This document shows positions 37,632-45,758 of a DNA stretch of 64,000 nucleotides, in pieces. The stretch is from Craspedostauros australis (taxonomy: Eukaryota). A program made the position numbers and the translations under genes. The notes under the pieces are model-generated. The model did not search any database. It had not been told where the DNA came from and saw only the letters and a program-made list of their open reading frames with translations. The stretch lies in contig JALAGF010004655.1 in the NCBI GenBank assembly GCA_030167865.1, positions 1-64,000 of the forward strand, given 5' to 3'. How positions within the stretch are numbered: the stretch's first letter is position 1; the number at the start of each line of letters is the position of its first letter.

Positions 37632-38549
37632 ATGTTGGGGGTGTCTCGAATGAAGATGGCGTCACGATCCGGCAACACTGCCATGGCAGCCTCCCCCGCC
37701 AATCTCGTCGCTGGGGGCTTGCTGGTCTGCCTCGGCATGCTGCTGATTTGTATGGCTGGCAGTTCCCAGGATTTCGCAAGCGTCGACGTTGATATGAAGC
37801 GCAACCTCAAAGCTGGGCATTCACCGCCGGCGGGCCCTCGGTCCTCCACGCCACACACCGGCGTCTTCAAATGCGACAAGGAACCAACCCGCGCCATGCG
37901 CAAATCGCAGTTCGGTGAGGACAAGCATCTTCGAGAGACTTTTCCGGGTCTCTGCGGCGGCAGCTACATTGAGATGGGCGCGCTGGATGGAGTCCACCTC
38001 AGCAATACGCACATGTTCAACGTGGGTTTGGACTGGAAGGGCGTGCTCATCGAGGCGAATCCTTTCAACTTCAAGAAGCTCGTGGAAAATCGCAAGAATG
38101 ACCTCGCCGTTGTGCATGCCGGAGTGTGCAACGAGGAGATGGACCTGCATTGGGTGTCCGTTGAGAATGGCGCCACAGGTGGATTCCGCGAATTCATCTC
38201 CGACAGATTGAAAAAAACATGGTGGAACAACAAGATTGTTGAGGAGATCGTCGTCAAGTGCAAGCGATTGGAAACCATCCTTGCCACCAACGTCCCGGAT
38301 GTGAAGTACTTTGACTTCTTCTCCCTGGATGTGGAGGGCGCCGAGCTGTCGGTGCTTGAATCCATCGACTTGGACACGTACCAGTTCGGATACTTCGTCA
38401 TCGAGGCAGATGGGCACAACCCACCGAAGGAGGAGTCCATAAAGCAGTTGCTGGAGAGCAAGGGATACGAATTCATCGGAGTTGATCACCATTCGGCTCT
38501 CTTCGTCCATCCCAACTTCCGCCAGATCTACAGTCATGTTATTCCCTGA
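37632..38549 (+). CDS. FkbM-family (Methyltransf_21) SAM methyltransferase, type II membrane
   Basis: SQFGED, YIEMGALDG..SNT, WKGVLIEAN, FFSLDVEGAELSVL; N-terminal TM segment. Confidence 0.9.
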   Translation: MLGVSRMKMASRSGNTAMAASPANLVAGGLLVCLGMLLICMAGSSQDFASVDVDMKRNLKAGHSPPAGPRSSTPHTGVFKCDKEPTRAMRKSQFGEDKHLRETFPGLCGGSYIEMGALDGVHLSNTHMFNVGLDWKGVLIEANPFNFKKLVENRKNDLAVVHAGVCNEEMDLHWVSVENGATGGFREFISDRLKKTWWNNKIVEEIVVKCKRLETILATNVPDVKYFDFFSLDVEGAELSVLESIDLDTYQFGYFVIEADGHNPPKEESIKQLLESKGYEFIGVDHHSALFVHPNFRQIYSHVIP

Positions 38550-39130
38550 GTCTGACACTGCGTGTATACTCGCACGATCATGTCACTCTGAACAACACGC
38601 GTGCAACCAGAACCTGCCAAACTGTGACGTATGGTGCCGCGTGGTACTCCTCCACCGTCTCTCTCTCTCTCTCTCTGGAGAGAATGGCACACCCAAACCA
38701 ACACGGTTATTGTGGACTATTATTATTATAGAATATAATATTGTATCATGCAACACAAGAGAATACGTAGAGGCGGCCAAGACTGTTTTTGGATGCGTGT
38801 CCTCCACACAAAGTTGGAGTGTCACAAATACTGCATTTGTGAGAAGAGGATCGTGTTCTCTTGGTGACATTGCCAACGTCGCGCACTCGGGTGGAGACAG
38901 TTGCAAAACAAGGAAACTTATGTATTTGCCGCGGACCCAATGTCGAAGAATCCGAACAACAACAAAACGAGAACCCACAAAAAATGACGTCACAAACAAA
39001 TACGAACCAGCCGCGTCGTGGTCTGCTATCGGAAACGCGACCCCGCCATGGCGCAGTTCGCGCCCTCCCCATGCCTGGAAGCGTTTGCCTAGACTCACAA
39101 AAGCAAGGCGCTGCATTGCATCGCAATCCA

Positions 39131-39936
39131 ATGTCGACAATGGCGACGATGAGTCGATCCAAGCGGACAGGCGCAGCGGCCTCTCCTGATAACCGCGTGG
39201 TCGTGGGTCTGCTGATCTCCCTCGGCGTGCGCCTGGGATTCATGCAGGGTGTTCAACTGCGACAGGCGCCTTCACGTCGGCATGTTCCAGTCACAATTCG
39301 GAGAGGACTTGCACCTCCAGACGATATTCCACAATCTTTGCGGCGGCAGCTACATCTAGATGGGCGCTTTGGATGGAGCGAGCTTCGGCAATTCGTGCGT
39401 ATTCAGCACCTTCCTCGATCGGAAGGGTGTGCTCATCGAGGCGAATCCTTCCAACTTCGAGAAGCTCGAGAAGAATCGCAAGAATGAGCTCACCGCAGTG
39501 CATGCCGGAGCATGCATCCAAGAGACAGATCTGCATTGGGTGTCCGTTGACAATGCTGCCACGGGTGGATTCCGCGAGTTTGCGTCCGATAAATTGAAGC
39601 GGCATTCTTGGGGGCAAGAAGACCGTTGAGGAGATCATCGTCAAATACAAGCGGTTGGAGAGTGTCCTTTCAACTGATGTCCCAGATGTGCAGTACTTCG
39701 ACTTCTTCTCTCTTGACGTTGAAGGTGCGGAGCTGTCGGTGCTGGAGTCCAGCGACTTGGAGAAGCACCAGTTCGGATACATCCTGGTCGAGACGGAAGG
39801 ACACAATCCGGAAAAGGACGAGTCGATGCAATCGCTGCTGAAGGACAAGGGGTACAAATCCATCGAGACCAAGCAGCAATCGGCACGATTCATCCATCCC
39901 GACTTCCAGAAAATCTACGCTCATGTCATGCAGTGA
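39131..39936 (+). pseudogene. Tandem FkbM methyltransferase pseudogene
   Basis: Collinear with 37632-38549 but has a stem deletion/frameshift at ~39250, TAG at 39357-39359 replacing the Glu of YIEMG, and an extra G in the run 39610-39614. Confidence 0.88.
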
Positions 39937-40882
39937 GCGCGGTGCTGTGTTTGTACCATGCCAACAATGAGCATGGCGCTGCGGAGTAGCACGAAAGGTG
40001 CGCCAGCTAAGCGATCGACAAATGTACACACAGGTGTCGAATGGAGTCGAGAGTAGTGAGACGGTCAAGCATTGCATTTTGCATGCGCTACCGGCAGACC
40101 TTGCATGGGATGGACAACGCCAATGCAGAGAGCGTATTCCGCACATCAGTTATCCATCGTCAGACGCACTGTCCTCTACGGGTCTGCTCGAGTGCGTGGC
40201 AATTGGCCCTTGGATTTCTGTCGATGAACATATCCGATCGATCACACTGTATGGGAGCTTGATGAGATGGAACCCAGTACAATACAATGGCGACGAGAAT
40301 GAGATTCACTTCTCCAAGCATTTGCCCTTGCTTCCATGCCTGCCCGCAAGCGCATCATTTCACAAGTGGACTTCGCTCATTGGCCTGCAATCAAGCCAAC
40401 GTATTCGGAAGCCAAATGCCAAGCCACGCTCATTGTAACACTTGCAGAGAGAGAGAGAGAGAGAGTCGCTCGCACTTTGGGTTGGGTGTAGCAGACTCCG
40501 AATCGGACGCAAACGTCGTTCAATTCCATGGAGGCAACTGTTTGCAATAGCTTTCCTAGTGTTGCCTTATTATATTGACTTCTCTGCTCTATGCAGTTTG
40601 CCGGTGTCCTGTAAGTAATTGTATGTTGGTGCGTGCCGTTTCGACATCCCCGCCACCGTCATGAAATGACTCGTTCATTCTTCAATCAGGAATCACCAAT
40701 AGCCGATTTGGTTCATGGCTTGTATGGCCTTACTATTGTGTAACAGGAGTGCCATACGTTTCCTGCTGAATTCGGTCACCATGTTGGAATGGTTGCTAAC
40801 GTCGAGAGTTTGCACATCGTTGGCATCGGGTCGTCGCTGTGCCGTGTCCTTCGCGCACCGAACCGGTGCAACCCCCCCCCCC

Positions 40883-40914
40883 NNNNNNNNNNNNNNNNNN
40901 NNNNNNNNNNNNNN
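40883..40914. other. Assembly gap (32 N) following a poly-C run
   Basis: Run of n characters in the sequence. Confidence 0.99.
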
Positions 40915-41327
40915 CACTCCATTTGCGCAAGAACTTGTTGATTGGAGCGGGATCCCCTGCTTCTTAAATGCGTCGATACATTGATGAAAGCTGGACCATT
41001 CTCGCAGTCTCTACGTTCCTGTACTTCGCTTGCGATACGAATATGTTGCGTGGCCACTGTGTTGGAGAAACAGAGCGCGATGGATGGATACTGTGGCTTT
41101 TGTTTTTATGATCGCGTCAAACCAGGAATTAGCAAGCGACACCATGCAGATGGTTGCATGCGTGCACTTTCAATAGGTATCTGCGTGCGAACATGCTTGC
41201 CTGCTTAGATGCGTGCCTGCATCCGGCTGCAGGAGACGCAGACGTGAATGATGTCGCGTGACGCTTATCGCCCCATACCATACCATACCATGTCATGCCA
41301 TACGGTATCATAGTACGCCATGTCGTC

Positions 41328-41888
41328 TCATCTCACGCGGTTAAGATTCATCAGCGACTCGCCCGAAGGAATGCCTGGCGGAGACCTGATCTCGCCGGTC
41401 CCTTTGCCGGCTAGATGCCCCTTGGCAGCATTGGCAGCGCCAGCCGCATCGCTGGTGATGTATAGCACGCCAAGCAAGAAGCCAATGACGATGCCAAGGC
41501 CGATGACCACACCCACGCTGAGCGCCAGGAGGAAGTCATGGAAGTTGGAGATCTCGCGATCCAGGAAGCTTCCACCTTGAGCATCGACGGCATCGTCATT
41601 GCCAGATTGGTCATTGCCGCCCTTGGTGGATTTCGTGGAGGATGTCTTTCCTGATGACTTGCCCTTGTCGACTTTTGTCGACGAGGAGGACGACGGCGTT
41701 GCCTTCTTCAACGAGTCCATCAACGCCTTGGGGTTGTTGAGCTGGTCCGTGGCCATCTCAAAGATGAAGGAATCGCCGGCCTTGAGGCCCTTGGGAACAG
41801 TCACATTGGCTTCCGTTCCATCAGGACAGTGGATGCGTATCGTCTGGCCGGACTTCACATTGTTTGGGATCACCACTTTGAACTGCAT
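41328..41888 (-). CDS. Small membrane protein: N-terminal repeated V.(I/V)P....G beta module, S/K linker, single C-terminal TM helix
   Basis: MQFKVVIPNNVKSGQTIRIHCPDGTEANVTVPKGLKAGDSF; hydrophobic LLALSVGVVIGLGIVIGFLLGVLYI. Confidence 0.7.
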   Translation of the reverse strand: MQFKVVIPNNVKSGQTIRIHCPDGTEANVTVPKGLKAGDSFIFEMATDQLNNPKALMDSLKKATPSSSSSTKVDKGKSSGKTSSTKSTKGGNDQSGNDDAVDAQGGSFLDREISNFHDFLLALSVGVVIGLGIVIGFLLGVLYITSDAAGAANAAKGHLAGKGTGEIRSPPGIPSGESLMNLNRVR

Positions 41889-42278
41889 CTTTCCTGGAGC
41901 AGAGTATAATCGAGTAGTATAGAATAGATGAGGTCGTTGACTTTGCTTCCTGGTTTGACTCTGATGGGGTTCGTTCGGTATCTGGGACGCAACAAGAGAG
42001 AGGGAGATGGTTGGTCGAGTTGGTGTCGGTATCGGCGCCGGTGTCAGCGTCAGTACTGGGTTGTGGGTGTTGTGGTGACTCCGTTTGATGTGTTGTGCCA
42101 AAACGATGACTTTCGTGTTTTTGCGTGCGTTGTCCACACTGTCATGTGGTCGTGCCAATCTGCCGCAACGGCAAAGCAGTGGACTCACTCGAGCAAACTA
42201 CATAAATGGAATCTAGAGAGAGAGAGAAAGAGACCGAGAGCAACGCGACAAAAACAAAGCAAACAGCGAAGGCATCCA

Positions 42279-42324
42279 ATCATTCATTCATTCATTCATT
42301 CATTCATTCATTCATCCATTCATT
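42279..42324. repeat. (TCAT)n microsatellite in a divergent intergenic region
   Basis: Directly visible. Confidence 0.9.
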
Positions 42325-42425
42325 GCCTCTGCATCTCTTTTTGTCTTGTGGATCATTCATTGCCCAGCACAGCACAGCAAACGGCCACCATCACGATCAC
42401 TCCGCGCAACACAAAGGCACACGGG

Positions 42426-42878
42426 ATGTTCCGAACGGTCTCCTGCCTCCGACGAGTCAAAGTCACCATTCCGAGGCTGAGCCCCACCCACACAGAGGCA
42501 CGAATCTACGAATGGCTTGCCAAGGACGGTGATGAGATGGAGTGCTACGATCCTATCTTCATTCTGGAATGCTCGCCCGATGTCATTTCGGAAGGATACC
42601 GCCAATCGAAGGATCACAAACCCCTCATGATTGTCGAAGCGCATGACGAAGGTGTTCTGCGGATCTCCCAACCGCAGACGGACGAGGACACATGGCATAA
42701 GATTGGCGATCTGCTGGGAACCATCGACGACGATGAAGGAGGAGTGCAAGTGCAAGGAGACCAACCGCACTCAGCATCGTCGGCTTCACAGCAAGGCAAC
42801 GCCAACAATGTCATTGCCCAAAACGATGACGAATGGTTGTGGCAAGCATACTCTCATACAGAACCACCAGCATCATAG
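42426..42878 (+). CDS. Stand-alone lipoyl/biotinyl-like (single hybrid motif) protein
   Basis: IPRLSPTHTEARIYEWLAKDGD..VEAHDEGVLRI..IGDLLGTI parallels the E2 lipoyl-domain consensus (MP.LSPTM..G.I..W....GD..EA...G.L.KI). Confidence 0.65.
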   Translation: MFRTVSCLRRVKVTIPRLSPTHTEARIYEWLAKDGDEMECYDPIFILECSPDVISEGYRQSKDHKPLMIVEAHDEGVLRISQPQTDEDTWHKIGDLLGTIDDDEGGVQVQGDQPHSASSASQQGNANNVIAQNDDEWLWQAYSHTEPPAS

Positions 42879-43193
42879 GAGCACAGCATAACAGCATCGA
42901 TGCCTGCGTCTCGCAAGAATTTTGAACTCGCTCTCTCTAGAGAGAGGGAGAGACAAACGGAAACAACGATCGATGGGATACACTCCGTACGTCATGACTT
43001 CTCTCGTACGCATAGAGCAGAGTGTAGAAGCACAGTCATACAACCACAACCACAACCACACCCCAGCCGCATTTGCGTTCAATGGATTCGTTGTAGCTTG
43101 ATTTGTTTGCAATAGCTTAGCTTGGAGTACGTTGTTCCATGCTGTGGGATGCTTCCGTAGTTATCCTCGGATCCGACTGGCATCGCTTCTACT

Positions 43194-44303
43194 CTACTCC
43201 ACGGCGAAGGACCGAACGATATTCTCTACCGTTTCGCGTTCCAAACTGTTCTTGGCATCGAATTTGATGGCGTTCGACGACGTGACGAGCATGACGATGG
43301 TATCCGAGTTGGGCACCTCGAAGGCATCCACCAATCCCCGGCGCTCCACGCGCAGCCCGTTGCCAGTGACGGTGGCGTACTTGACCTTGAATCGTCTTCG
43401 GACGGAGCAGGTTCCGGCAGGACAGTCCGACAGCACCTGCGCGGTGGACACCTTGTATTCCTCGATCGTGTTGCCAGTGCGCGCGATGGACCCTTGCGGG
43501 TTGAAGAGGGCCTCGCCGATGTAGGCCTTGGGCACCGTCTCCAACGTCGTGTCGGCCGGGAGACGCGCGCGCAACAGATAGAGCTTGTCGCCATTGCGCT
43601 GATCGACGTACTGCAATCCGCCGGTCTGGCGATCCAGCTGCAGCCAATCGGATGGAAATTCGAACTGCACGCTGAGCGCACGGCGGCCTGTCGATTCCGG
43701 TGCGACGATTTGGTCGTTGCAGCGGTACAGGTTCTTGAACGCGCCCGCGGTGGTGAGCTGCGGCAGGTATCCTGGCGAGGCACGGAAGGCCCAGGTGGCA
43801 ATGCCGATCGGATCTCCAGCCGTAACCGCACTGGGCTTGATGACGTCGTACGCTTTCGATGGCGATGCTGCGCCTGCCTTGATTTCTTGGATGCGCGATG
43901 AAGCGGATCCATCGAAGGCCTTGAGCTGCGACGAGATGGTTGGGTTGGAAGGTGCGGCTCCCTCCACCCGCAGGCCAGCGACGTCGATGCCTGCCGATGC
44001 CATGGATGGCAATCCGACCAATGCACCCGCTAAAACAACCCCAGCAGCTTGACCAAAGTCTCGGCGTGACAGATGAGAGCTGTCGTCGGCGTCCCTATCA
44101 TTGTTGATGCTTTTGATGTCGCTGTTGTCGTTGGCTCGGACTGGCTTGGCATTCATGACCGTTCTACCATCGGTGATGCTTTCACGCACACGTGAGAATG
44201 CCGATGCCGATTGTGACTGCGACTGCATCCGTTGCTGCGAGAATGCGTCGCCGCTGAGCACCAAGGAGGCACTGACCATTGCAAGGAAAACGAATCGAAC
44301 CAT
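43194..44303 (-). CDS. PsbP-domain thylakoid lumen protein
   Basis: Signal peptide ending GDA-F, transit peptide, twin-arginine SRRDF + hydrophobic helix + ASA cleavage site; FEFPSDW, KYATVT..VERR and IVRSF terminus fit the PsbP/Mog1 fold. Confidence 0.75.
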   Translation of the reverse strand: MVRFVFLAMVSASLVLSGDAFSQQRMQSQSQSASAFSRVRESITDGRTVMNAKPVRANDNSDIKSINNDRDADDSSHLSRRDFGQAAGVVLAGALVGLPSMASAGIDVAGLRVEGAAPSNPTISSQLKAFDGSASSRIQEIKAGAASPSKAYDVIKPSAVTAGDPIGIATWAFRASPGYLPQLTTAGAFKNLYRCNDQIVAPESTGRRALSVQFEFPSDWLQLDRQTGGLQYVDQRNGDKLYLLRARLPADTTLETVPKAYIGEALFNPQGSIARTGNTIEEYKVSTAQVLSDCPAGTCSVRRRFKVKYATVTGNGLRVERRGLVDAFEVPNSDTIVMLVTSSNAIKFDAKNSLERETVENIVRSFAVE

Positions 44304-45372
44304 CTTGACTGTTGACCGAAGGGCGAGTATGCTAATGAAGATGCACAGGGTAGACGAGCAGAGTGTGGCGCTGTGCTGTGCAATTTCATGCAATTGAATT
44401 CAATTTATGAAATGACAAGGTTGATACCACTGCTCTGCTTGCAGATCCTTTTTCAGTGGCGCAGAGGCCGACAAACGCAGAGGGAGGGAGGCGTTGACTG
44501 AGCCGATGGCGGTGATGTGTTGACCAAAGTGGTGATTCTGATTCAACATGTGACCGATGACGCCTCCGCGCCAACAAACCCTCTCTCGCCTCGTCAATCG
44601 CCGTCTGACGTTTTTCGATCACCACCAACACGATTGGAGCGGACCAGGTTCTGCAAACGTGCCGGATATGTCTACACAACAAAAATAGAATGCTGGACAG
44701 CGGTGAAGAAACGCGTGACAAACGGACGCACGACAGACGAGAAATGAGAACGACGGCATCTCCGTGACAAAGAACACGCCAAGTCACCAACCAACAAAGG
44801 GAGGGATGGCACGAAATGACACGGTGAGGCACACACCCACGATGGACATTGATGACGGAGGGATGAACGCGAAACTGTTTGCGCCTCATTTGGTGACACC
44901 TCTTCCAACCACAATTCGCCTCGATTCACCACAATTCACCAGCATCCGAGGGAGTACGAGGTATCATAGCCGTAGTAGTACCACACAAGGCAACAGCTTC
45001 GAATACGTACGCTGGTTGATACTCGTGCTCATCGACCAACCCGAAGGCCACGCGCGCATCTTGTTGTCGAGAGGTCGTTAGCAGAGCTCCCACACGAGCA
45101 TTCGTACCATAGTAGTAGTGGTACCATCTCGCCCAAGGGCCTTGTCCGACCGGAAGCGCATTGCGAACGCAGGGAGAAAGACGGTGAAGCCAAGAGAGAG
45201 CGAGATAGAAGGAAGCACGGAAGCAGGGAAGCAAGCGACGAAGTATCCACCCGATCATCGCGAGATTGTTGAGATCGAAAGGTGCTGCGTCTCATCACAG
45301 ACATCTGTTGTGAATCTTTGCATCAATCCAATCAACCCAATCAACCCATCATCCATTCTTCCGTCCATCAGC

Positions 45373-45394
45373 ACGTCATCACGTCATCACGTCA
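45373..45394. promoter_or_regulatory. Three tandem ACGTCA (TGACGT) bZIP-type motifs
   Basis: ACGTCA at 45373, 45381 and 45389, in the divergent intergenic region of two plastid-targeted genes; function is inferred. Confidence 0.35.
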
Positions 45395-45758
45395 ATTCAT
45401 CAACACATCAACACATCACTTGATCCATCAAACGGAACGTCACAATCTATGAGACTGAAGCGTTGAGAGGTCATTCATCCACCACTACATCCACCACTGC
45501 ATCCATCTATCGATTAATTCAATTGATCGCTATCGAGGGCGTCTGCATCAGCCTTGACTTGATCTGTGCGCACTTGAGCGTCCCTCGGCTCTTTCGCCTA
45601 ATTCTTCCATTTCGTTTCATTTCATTGGGTGGCAAATTGATTCGATCGGAGCCAAACCAATCCATGCCAACTTGGGCCCAAACAGACCAACGAGACCAAC
45701 ATCAATCGTCACATCAACCTTCGCAACAAGGTGAACGGCAACAACAGCCAGAAGAACA

